Shown here: in pieces, positions 1 through 10,449 of the stretch | How positions within the stretch are numbered: the first letter of the stretch is position 1 | How the letters are laid out: each line of letters begins with the position of its first letter | Assembly (NCBI GenBank): GCA_043228905.1 | Contig: JBHGNT010000004.1 | Coordinates: 17,484,001 to 17,548,000 of the forward strand | Length of the DNA: 64,000 nucleotides | Reading direction: 5' to 3' | Source of the DNA: Azolla caroliniana | Lineage: Eukaryota > Plantae > Polypodiophyta | Program-made: the position numbers and the translations under genes | Notes under the pieces: generated by a model | The model's database searches: none | What the model was told of the DNA's origin: nothing | Seen by the model: the letters and a program-made list of their open reading frames with translations, nothing else

Positions 1-660
1 CGGCCGTGAGGAATCTCTTCCTCGTATGTTCGATCGGTCTGTCGAACCTTGTACTACGTAAGCGTCGTCTGTTGAGTCTTTGGCGAAAGACTTTCTCCGA
101 GCTGCTTCGGTCAGGATTGCGCTCGTGACTTCGGAGTATTTAACAGCCGTGGTTGACGCGTTGCACACGGTTGTGACGAAAGTTTCCCATGATGAGGGAA
201 GGCTGCTCATGAGTATCATTGCTCTGAGTTCATCCTCGATTGCCGTCCCCTGTGACGAGATTTGGGAGCTTATGCTTTCGTACTCATTGAGATGTGCTTG
301 AACCGAATCGGATTCTTTCATCCGCAAGTTGTAGAGGCGCCGGATCAGAAACATCTTCGTTGCAGCGACCTTCTTTTCGTAGGTGTCCGACAGTGTTTTC
401 CACAGTTCGAATGCTGTCGTACACGATTGCACCGTAAAGTATACCGATTCCGATAGGTGCATCCGAATCGTGGCGTGGACGATTCTGTCCAGCTTCTGCC
501 ACTCAATTGGTTTGTATCCTTCTGGAGGTTCTTCATTTTCGATGGGATCGATTTGCCCCTTGACTATGAGATAGTCCTGCATTTGCTCCTTCCAGAAGTT
601 GAAGTTCGATCCATCGAACTTTCGTAGACTCATTTCTGACGAGCCGGATGTTGATGCCAT
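1..660 (-). CDS. Copia Gag N-terminus, open frame running off the left edge (not in ORF track)
   Basis: Manual translation from ATG at 660: MASTSGSSEMSLRKFDGSNFNFWKEQMQDYLIVKG...LWKTLSDTYEKK...RRLYNLRMKESDSVQAHLNE...LMSSLPSSWETFVTT. 220 codons with no stop; typical copia Gag (UBN2) motifs. Confidence 0.88.
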   Translation of the reverse strand, partial: MASTSGSSEMSLRKFDGSNFNFWKEQMQDYLIVKGQIDPIENEEPPEGYKPIEWQKLDRIVHATIRMHLSESVYFTVQSCTTAFELWKTLSDTYEKKVAATKMFLIRRLYNLRMKESDSVQAHLNEYESISSQISSQGTAIEDELRAMILMSSLPSSWETFVTTVCNASTTAVKYSEVTSAILTEAARRKSFAKDSTDDAYVVQGSTDRSNIRGRDSSRP

Positions 661-1354
661 CAAATTTGGTTTCGGTTGACGAAGCTCGGTTCGGAGTTGA
701 CTACGAACCTTGTTGGAGTGCAGCCGGTTGGCTCACCCGATATCGTTCTAGTCGGATTTGAACCCGAGTCGGTTCGGCTTCGGATATATGTATTGTTGAA
801 CTTGCTCGAATTGACTCCGGTAACTTGAGGGACAGAACCGACTGGTCTTCCCGAATGTTGCCGAGTCGGAGTGAGCCCGGTTCGCTTCCGAATATATATG
901 CCAAATACCGATTATTGAATCCGATTGTCTAGACCGATTCTGCTTCGGGTGACTGCAGCGACGAGAGAGACGGATCCAACTGATCCTCTCGAATGTCGAT
1001 CAGCCGGATGAAGCACGAATTGGGGTTGTTGTCTTGAGACCGATCTGCACCGAGTGGTTACAATGAGCGGCGAGCAACGTTTGATGACCTCTTCGGATGC
1101 CGTTTAACCGAGTGGAGCACGATCGTGTCAATGTTGCACAAGGGGATTTCACCTCGAGCGGTTACGATCACAAGAAACAGAGTACAACCGGCTGGCTTAC
1201 TCCAAGCGAAGATGATCTAACGCGATGAGATGCAAGCCTCGTTTTTTTTTTTTTTTTTTTCTTCTTCTCTCTTCTTCGAATGACGCAGGAAAACGAATGC
1301 TGTGCAGGCTGACACGACGTCCGACAGCGGATTGAAGGACCGAATACTGTGCAG

Positions 1355-1366
1355 GCTCTGATACCA
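1355..1366 (-). promoter_or_regulatory. Primer-binding site (tRNA-iMet) of element A
   Basis: GCTCTGATACCA on plus equals TGGTATCAGAGC on minus, 2 nt inside the LTR end at 1369. Confidence 0.9.
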
Positions 1367-1457
1367 GATGTTGGAGACAAGGTCGTCTATGCGGAAGATC
1401 AAGAAGCATTCGATTCTTTTCTGTACCTAGCGTATGACAGTTTCTAGGTCGTTGCAC

Positions 1458-1494
<37 letters not shown>

Positions 1495-1683
1495 CACAAA
1501 AACGACTCTTTCTATTCCATAAAGCAATAATACAACCCAACCTTACAAAAAGGTTACAAGGTCACTATATATAGTGACAGACTTAGGGCATCTACCATTT
1601 ATGCTAATTACACAAATGGCCCAAACTTGATCTATACAAAGGGATAGTGTGAATACGTCCATTATACACTTGTATTCGACAAG

Positions 1684-4600
1684 GTGATGCACATGAAGAC
1701 AACGGCTTACATACGGTACTTCATTGACATGAGCCCATACAACAACTTCAATGAAGAGAGCAAGGCTCATGAGCTCTGGGAGAAGATCGACATTATGTTT
1801 CAAAACAAAAATGTTGTTAACCAGGTTTCGGTTTTCCGGAAGCTAGTAAGACTCCGGTACCAAGATGGCTCCAGCATGGCGGAGCACATGGATGCCTTCC
1901 AGGGGCTGATACACCAGGCAACATCATTGGAAGTACCTCTCGCCGATGAGGTACTAGCGCTACTCCTGCTCGGTTCCCTCCCGGATAGCTGGGAGACGTT
2001 GGTTGTCACTTTGGGAAACGCCGGGCCGGAAGGGAAACGGTTATCCCTAGCAAGAGTGAAGTAGAGCTTGCTAGATGAGGAGGCGCATCAGAAAGATAAG
2101 GACACGAGCTCCGACTCCAAAGCGCTCCTTACCGAATCGGAACGCGGAAGACATAGAAACCGTAGTCCCCAGAACCGGGAAAAGTCGGGGACACGGTCAA
2201 AGTCAAGGGGGAGGCCTACTTGCTTCTATTGCGGCAAGCCGGGACACTTCCAAAAGAACTGTCGACATTTCCGTAAAGACAAGGAAACCGACGGTACCGA
2301 TTCGAAGCGGACACCGAACCGGAACGGTAAAGACCGGAGGGGACCGAACCGGAAGGGAACGACGGCAATCGTGGCAAGTGAAGAAGAGTTGATGCTCATC
2401 ACCGAGGAGAGTGAGCTAAACCTTGATGGCGACGAGATGACCTAGGTGGTCGACTCCGGAGCATCGTTCCATCTTACCCTGGACCGGAAATGCTTCTCAT
2501 CCTACTCAGCCGGTGACCACAACTGTGTCAGAATGGGGAATGAAGGTACATGCCGAATTGTCGGCATAGGAGACGTGTGGCTGACAACGCCAACCGGATG
2601 CAAGCTGCTGCTAAAGGATGTCCGACATGTCAGCCGACCAGCTAGATGATGAAGGCTACACGGGTAGCATCCGGAACGGTGTTATGAAGTTCAGCAAAGG
2701 AAGCCTGATTGTGGCTCGGGCCCGGAAGGTAAACACGTTGTACTTGATGAATGCCAGGTTATGTCCGGAGGAAGTGAACGTGGCATTCGACACTGCCGGT
2801 GAGCTGTGGCACAAAAGGTTGTGTCACATGAGCGAGAAGGGGATGAAGAGGCTTGTAGATGACAACCTCATTCCAGTGAAGAACGTGCACTTGGAGAAGT
2901 GCACTGATTGTCTGGCCGGTAAGCAAAACCGGACCTCCTTCCGACCAAGGCCACCAATGAGACGTAATGCACCACGAAGTCACATGCAGGATCGCAGTAC
3001 TTCGTGACGTTCATAGATGACCACAGCCGGAAGCTGTGGGCCACACCGTTGAAGACGAAGGATCGGGTGCTATCCGTCTTCAAAGAGCTCCACGCGAGAG
3101 TGGAAAGAGAAACCGGCCGGAAGTTGAAGGCGGTTCGAGCAAATAACGGAGGTGAATACAGGGGGCAGTTCGAGGAGTACTGTCGCTCGAAGGGAATCCG
3201 GCTCGAATTTACCGTGCCGAAGATGCCGGAACTAAACGGGCTGGCTGAGAGAATGAATCGGACCATAATGGAGAGGGTCCAGAGTATGTTGGCGCATGCA
3301 AAACTACCCAAGAAGTTTTGGGGTGAGGCACTGTCGACGACGACATATGTGATAAACAGATCACCCTCAGTATCCTTGGACAGAGAGACACCACAGAGGG
3401 TCTGGACCAGTAAGGAAGTGTCCTATCGGCATCTAAAGGTATTCGGGTGTCTCACGTACGTGCATGTAGCTAAGGACCGGAGAGGAAAGTTAGATCCAAA
3501 GACCCAGCCATGCATATTCCTCGGTTACGACGACGATGAGTTCGGCTACCGAGTGTGGGACCCGGTCAACAAGAAGGTATTCCGGAGTCGAGATATTATC
3601 TTCATGGAGGACAAGACGCTCACTGACTGGGAGTCGGAGAAGAAGATAATGAACTCTGAGTCGACCGGTAGGGATCGATTCCACGATGAGCAGACCCAAC
3701 CGGCAAGAGGCTGGTTAGCACTCGAGGAACCAGCCGGTTACGGTGAGGATACCGAAACGGCAGAAGAAGAAGGAGAGGAAGCTGAAACCGAAACCGGCCA
3801 AGGCCCCAAATCGGATTCTGATGAAGAGTAAATGGAGGAGCCGGTTACTGAAGCCCAAAGACGGAGATATCCTCTCAGAGAGAGAAGGCCCCCCCAGAGA
3901 TTTCCGGATGCAGAGCATGTGCTGCTGACTGATGAGGGGGAGCCAGAAAGCTTCGAAGAAGCGAAGGATGACACCCACAGCCGCAAATGGTTAAGTGCCA
4001 TGCAGGATGAGATGGATTCCCTGCACGAGAACCATATGTATGAATTGGTGGAGTTGCCGAAAGGAAAGCGGGCACTCCGAAATAAGTGGGTGTACAAGTT
4101 GAAACCGGGAGATGCCGGCAACCCCCCGAGATACAAAGCCAGGATCGTGGTGAAGGGGTTCCATCAAAAGAAGGGCGTGGACTTCGATGAGATATTTGCC
4201 CTAGTAGTAAACATGACCTCCATCCGGATGGTGCTGAGTATAGCGGCAAGCATGGATCTCGAGGTAGAGCAGTTGGATGTGAAGACGACATTCCTTCACG
4301 GTGACCTCGAAGAGGAGTTCTACATGCAGTAACCGGAAGGATTCGTGGAGAAAGGGAAGGAGCATCTGGTATGTCGGTTGAAGAAGAGCCTGTACGGACT
4401 GAAGCAGGCACCCCGACAATGGTACCAGAAGTTCGACTCCTTCATGACAGATCAAGGGTACCACAAGACGCAGGCCGATCACTGCGTGTTTGTGAAGAAG
4501 TTCGAAGGAGGCGACTTCTTGATACTCCTTCTGTACGTGGACGACATGTTGATCGTCGGACGGGACCAAGCCAAAATACGGATGCTGAAGAAGGCTCTCA

Positions 4601-5511
4601 ACCGGACCTTCTCAATGAAAGACTTGGGTCCGGCAAGACCGATGCTGGGGATGCAGGTCATCCGGAACCGGCCAACGAAGCAACTATGGCTGTCACAGGA
4701 GAAATACGTGACAAAGGTGCTTCAACGGTTCAACATGTCAGATGCGAAACCGGTCGGATCGACACTTCCGGCAAACTGCAGGTTATCCGGTAAGCAAAGC
4801 CCGAAGACGAAAGCAGAGAAGGCTGATATGATGAAGGTTCCATATGCCTCTGCCGTCGGGAGCTTGATGTACGCAATGGTGTGTACCCTACCGGATATAG
4901 GATACGCAGTCGGAGTGGTGAGCCGGTTCATGAGCAACCCTTGCAAGGAGCACTGGAACGCGGTCAAATGGATACTCCGGTACTTGAAGGGTACTTCAAA
5001 TATGTGTCTTCGATTCGGCTCCGAAAAACCTCAACTTGACGGTTTTACCGATTTGGACATGTCGGCTGATGTGGATACTAGCCGGTCTACATCCGGGTAT
5101 GTAATGACATATGCATGGGGAGCTGTTTCGTGGCAGTCGAGGCTGCAGAAGACGGTTGCGTTGTCAACCACGGAGGCGGAGTACATGGCGGCTGTGGAAG
5201 CCGGCAAGGAAATATTATGGATGAAGGACTTCATCGGAGAGCTCGGTATCCGGAAAGATGAATACCAGCTCTATTGTGACAGTCATAGTGCCATCCAACT
5301 TGCTAAGAATGCGGCCTACCATTCCCGGACGAAGCATATCCAGCGAAGGTATCACTGGATCCGGGAAAGAGTAGATGACCAGGAGTTCGCGCTGACGAAG
5401 ATCCACACGGCCGAGAACGGGTCAGATATGCTGACCAAAGTACTGATACCCGATAAGCTGGATGCATGCCGGAAGCGGATCAGACTAGTAAGACATCCCA
5501 TGCCGGAGTGA
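1684..5511 (+). pseudogene. Disrupted copia gag-pol of element B
   Basis: ORF fragments 1684-2064, 2068-2445, 2446-2649, 2618-3007, 3004-3831, 3832-4332 and 4345-5511, broken by stops and by deletions at ~2630 and ~2974 relative to paralog C. Confidence 0.93.
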
Positions 5512-5521
5512 AGGGGGAGTT

Positions 5522-6119
5522 TGTTAGGAAACAGGACCCTCCGGATGGTGCAGACCCGGTTAGAACCGGATGAGGAGTATCCGGAAATGGAAGACCTAGT
5601 GAGAACCGGATGACGAGCACCCGGCAAGCGCCATATGATGTAGGCCCGGTGAGGAGTGCTCAGCGGATGAAGAGACATATTCGTAAATATGTTTCTGAGA
5701 GTCCATCGTGGCTGTATTTGTAAATAGCCGAAAAGTCATATTAGTATAAATATGACTTAGGGCAAACTTAGTGAGCAATAGTCATTCTTGTTGGTGCAAG
5801 ATTAGAATGCGTAACTGTATACAGAGAGAGAGACAGAGAGAGGAAGAGGTCGTTGCCTCTGTTGTAACCGCCTCCTGTGGCGAAGATAGAAAGCTCGAGG
5901 TTGTTGCCTCGGTGCTTTACTGTTGTACACTATAACATAGTGATAGTTTGCAGCCTGTGGGCTGCCGTGGTTTTTCCCTAGTTTGGGTTTTCCACGTAAA
6001 CATCCTGTGTACTTTTCTCTCTCTCTATCGCGTTGTGCTTTCATTCCCTGTTTTCTATGTTTTATTCTAGGCTCGGTTGTGGCCAAGCGTTGTTCATCGG
6101 GAGCGTGCAATTCTTGTCA
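5522..6119 (+). repeat. 3' LTR of element B
   Basis: Follows the PPT and is homologous to the LTRs of C. Contains TATAAAT at ~5745. Ends TGTCA, followed by CATTG (candidate TSD). Confidence 0.88.
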
Positions 6120-6298
6120 CATTGTATCAAGTTGGTGTAAATTTTTTGACTTTTCAACACCAACTCGATACATTGTATCGAGTTGGTGTTTAAAAGTTAG
6201 AAATTTTACAGCAACTCCATACATTGTATCGAGTTGGTATTGAAACATGGCACCAATATATTGGCGGGAACTCCAATTTAGTACATCCAACTCGATAC
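6120..6298. repeat. Cluster of palindromic repeats upstream of the transposase relic
   Basis: Perfect palindrome AACACCAACTCGATACA-T-TGTATCGAGTTGGTGTT at 6156-6190. Partial or degenerate copies at 6120-6140, 6212-6238 and 6287-6298. Confidence 0.85.
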
Positions 6299-6889
6299 TT
6301 GTTTATATAGTATTTAAATAAAAATGTTATTGTTTATATATTCTAGTATATTTGTATTATATATATATATTATTTGTAAATATTTTTAATTTTATAAATA
6401 CAATTGTAAATATAAATATGTCATTATTTTATAAAAATAATATAAAGGAACTTATACACATTTATACTGATCCATTTGTTGGAAGCTCTCATTTGAACAA
6501 GAGAGCATTATAGTCAGAGATAAAACAAATTTGAGCTATGAGTCAAAACTCACAATTTTCTGTTGACGAGTATTCTTTGCCAAGAGGGTCACCTTTTTCT
6601 ATTGAGGAATATTGTATGGGTCTATCTTCAAGAAATATTGACACAGGTCAAGAGTTCTCTATTAAAGAGTATGACTACAATTTTGATACAGACTTTGAAG
6701 GAAATGCCACTCAAACATCCAAGATATTGAGGGACGGGCATAGACAAACATTCCTACTTCAATGCGGATCCATTTGTTTATGCACAGAGCAACTAGTCGG
6801 CAAGTCCTATGCACATACAGAGGATTCCACGTAGAATACGTTGAGCAAGGTTTGACCTAGTAACATTAGAGAAACAACTTAGATTAGAT

Positions 6890-9219
6890 GTCAACAAACT
6901 GTGTTGTGGCCGTGATTGCATGTCCAAGTTTGGTAAGGGTAAGTTGCGGGAATTAAGGCGTTATTATTTTTCACTCACTAGTGATGAGCAAGAAACTTCT
7001 TTTCAAAACACTTGCAAATGGTGTCTGACAGATCATCAGACATCCCTGTCTCATTTGAGTATTATATCTTCTATGCACAACAATGTTGTAAGTTGCATTC
7101 AAAATTTCGTTATGCGTTAGTAACATGAGATTACATAGACTTCAACAAGGATTTCTTAACGGTGATCCTAGTAGCAATGTTCCAAGTATGAAGGGTGCAG
7201 TTGGAAGACATGCTATTGGTTGGATGAACAACTACTTCAAGCTAAATTGTCAAGTAATGCCAACTACAAGCATAATGCATCTCTCAGATAATTACACATA
7301 ACGAGAGGTATACGACTCCTACATATAAGATATGTGTACTTCGAGTGATAGATACATCACATATAGTCAATTCACTAGATTGTGGACAACTGGATTTACA
7401 AATGTTATTATACGATGAAAAGTACGTATGGGGTATTGCTCAATCTGTGGAAACCTCAAGATCATGGATAAAGGTGCCAAAACAACAGAGGAAAAGGAAC
7501 ATTGCGAAGCCCAATCTTTGGAGCGAAAGAAAGCTATGCACCACAGAGAGAAGTCATTGAAGAATCCCGAATAATAAATGTGTCTAATGATCAATGGTAT
7601 GGACTAGAAGAAGACATGTGTACCTCACATGTGGCAGCTTCCTAAAGACGTCAATGACGAATGTCTCGTTCAGATGCACTTGGTGGGTTGTTTGGCTTAT
7701 AATGGGTCAGTTAGACTTCATGTCTTCATAACCTACCCGAATGTCCACAATGACCCGAACTTGACACTTATAGGGATTCAAAGGGTTTTGATGTGCTAGG
7801 GCTATCCATTGCCCCATGTCGTCTACATTCAATTGGACAACACAGCTAGGGAGAACAAGAAGTCAACTATCTTCAGATATCTAAGTATGTTGGTGAACCA
7901 AGGATTGTTTAGAAAAGTGAAAGTTAACTTCCTCTTGGTTCGTCACACACATGACCATATTGATAAGATGTTTAGTACATTCTCAAGAAAGTTGGACTGA
8001 AATGATGCTTTCACATTACCGAAGTTATTGGATGTCATTTGTGATGCATACACGCCATGTCCGAATGTGATCCACCTAAAAGAGATATATGACTTTAAGA
8101 GATACATATCATATGGTGGGGGAGGGGAATGTTAAAGTCCTAGCCCAATTAAACAATATAAGCTTCAACCACATTTTCCTAATTTGGCAAAATGACATAA
8201 GTGGTTGTACATTGTTGTATGGAAAGCAATATTCATCATCACCAGAATGAGAGCTTGAAGGCGGTTGCCAATTCTTGCTTCATATGCCATCTACAACTGT
8301 TTATGGAGCAAAACAAATGCCAATTGAGACAAAAAAAGAAATGCATAGTGAGTTGGTAGAAGAGCAAAGGAACTTTTGGATGCAAGCCTTAAATAAAAAA
8401 AAGAAGTATATTGATGCTGCAAAGAAATATGTGGCACAACAAGATACATCGTGGTGGGATGTGTTCTTTACATATTAGCAAGAAATTATTGAAAACTGTG
8501 TTACTGGTAACTAGACCTTGCAAATGCCATTTACATGTTCTATACAACAATCTCTTGGTTCTCAATCGCCGCACGATGCACCTAATGTGATTGTTGACGG
8601 TTTGGTCCATCCACAACAAGGAGAAATTTATGTGAGACCAAGGAGAACTAAAGGTTGGGATGTTAATTGCTACACCCACAGATAACAATGACCTAGGCCA
8701 CCAATTCTAGATTGGTAAAGTTTTGAATGTGGTGATGCATGAAAGCATATCTCCAATCAAGTCTATAAAGGTGCACTAGTACAACACTAGAAGCAAGAAT
8801 GCATTTACAAGCAAGTATACATTGGAGATGATGGAATGCCCAATGTCAAGAGGAAATGATGAAAAGAAATATTCGCAACACATCGAGTGAAACAGAGCAT
8901 GAAACCGTGAGTTCCTAAGCAGTGGGAGGAGAATCGAATCTCTGACCGCGTGCCTGTTGAAGAATGAGCCGGCGACTTGTAGGACATTAGTGAGTTAGAT
9001 ATCATTGTGTACGATTTTATACTGACAAAAGTTAGATGTTTAAGGAAGTCAACAATGGACATAATAAAAGAGAGATTGCCAAGTCTACAAGGCTTCTTAG
9101 ATCGAAGGCAAACTAGGTCCGATGTACATAATTTGGAGTCACACCATTTGGTTTTAGACGAGAAGAATGCTTTGATTGGTACATTTGAAGACTATGAGGA
9201 AAAGTCCTCGGTATATTAG
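6890..9219 (+). pseudogene. Decayed DDD-type DNA transposase, DUF7869/Sola-like
   Basis: Fragments read CCGRDCMSKFG...LRELRRYYFSL (~6900), GYCSICGNLK (~7430), MCLMINGMD*KKTCVPH (~7580) and YIQLDNTARENK...KVKVNFLLVRHTHDHIDKMFS (7809-8000). These match the D...DN..ENK...GHTH.DID pattern of this group. Many stops and frameshifts. The superfamily name comes from motif recall. Confidence 0.72.
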
Positions 9220-9944
9220 CTACAATAGTGATTCTCATTAAAGGAGTCATGATATTGACAATTTAAAGCGTAACCAATTTTTGGCATTAAAGCGTAACCA
9301 ATTTAAGCTTGTAAGATGTCGGCTGATATAAAAGTTTATTGTTTTGAGCTCTATCACTTCTAGTGAAGTTTGTTTGTCATAATAACAATTACTTGTAATT
9401 TCTACGAAAAAATAGACAATGTAATTTTTTGTATTTGGCTATTTTTTGTGTTTGATCAATTTTTAAGCTTTTCCATAGAATCTTTGAGAATGTGTGATAC
9501 TAGTATCAATGTGTTTTGTAAAATCACTGAAACAATACTGAAATCAAACGGAATATTCCTTATCCTTCCATTTGTGCGTGATCCATCCACTCGTGAACGC
9601 GAACATGTTCAAAGTAGACTGTTATTTCCCTCCAAAAACTCTCGCTGTACAATAGTTCAGTTACACGATTTTATAGTCAAGTCCTAATTGAGTCTTATGT
9701 TCACACTAGAGATACAACACCGGGACACAAATTAGGGTGATTCACAAAAAGGGGTGCCGTAAAGGATTTTAAAAAATGACCCAAAAATATATTGATTTCT
9801 AGCATGTACGAAAATTTAGGTGTTGAAAAAAAAAAGCCTAAATAATGGACATGTCAAACTTACAAATGAATGTCCAAAATGACTAACACCAATATTTATA
9901 GAAATTCATGAATCCAAATCTTGATGTACAATACAATATTTACA

Positions 9945-10290
9945 GTTAAAGTATCAGGACAATCGTTTTCCAAGTTTATGCCATCATCTTCATACCCATT
10001 AAATGAATTAGTAAGAGTTTATGAGGTCTCATCCGCATCATCAATGGCAGCTAATGCATTGTCTTCATCCAATTGCAATCCAACCTCATCGAGGTTATGA
10101 GTCATGCTTCTTGTTTGTCTTTGTGTTGTGTCTGAAGCCACATTCGAGATCCTCTTTTAGTATCTTCATTGTGGTCTGTCGCAAATAACTTGTTTTGGTC
10201 AAAGATAAGTCATACACTAGTATATAAACATTATCCAATGTAAGAGTAGATGTGCTTGATGCATTCTTCCTTCTTGACTTTTTGGTTATG
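9945..10290 (-). pseudogene. Possible decayed acidic ORF convergent with the transposase
   Basis: Minus-strand reading NVASDTTQRQTRSMTHNLDEVGLQLDEDNALAAIDDADETS*TLTNSFNGYEDDGINLENDCPD. Coding-like composition inside AT-rich DNA; no family recognised. Confidence 0.3.
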
Positions 10291-10449
10291 ATATTTAATT
10301 ATGTACTTTCTATTTACGATATTTGATTATGTGAGAGAAAACTTCTACCAAAATCATTAGAATCTAAAAAATGTCGTAAAGATGTTTTTTCGTTTTTGTA
10401 GATTCTCATAGTAAGCCTTTGATGTCAAACAGAAATAAGATTCATTCCA

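Larger units (their letters stand above)
1..1681 (-). mobile_element. Ty1/copia element A, 5' part (5' LTR, PBS, leader, gag); inserted into gag of element B
   Basis: LTR 1369-1681 is bounded TG...CA. A tRNA-iMet PBS (TGGTATCAGAGC on minus) lies at 1355-1366. Directly after the LTR, element B resumes at AGGTGATGCACATG, matching GGGAGGTGATGCACATG in paralog C (~15811), so AGGTG (1682-1686) is the predicted TSD. Confidence 0.9.
1682..6119 (+). mobile_element. Ty1/copia element B (most of gag-pol, PPT, 3' LTR); same family as element C
   Basis: Domain order Gag (CFYCGKPGHFQKNC), PR (VDSGASFH), INT (FIDDHSRK, ELNGLAERMNRT), RT (LLYVDDML), RH (SRTKHIQRRYHWIRE). PPT GAAGGGGGAG at ~5510-5519; 3' LTR 5522-6119 (TGTTAGG...TGTCA). 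Confidence 0.95.
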
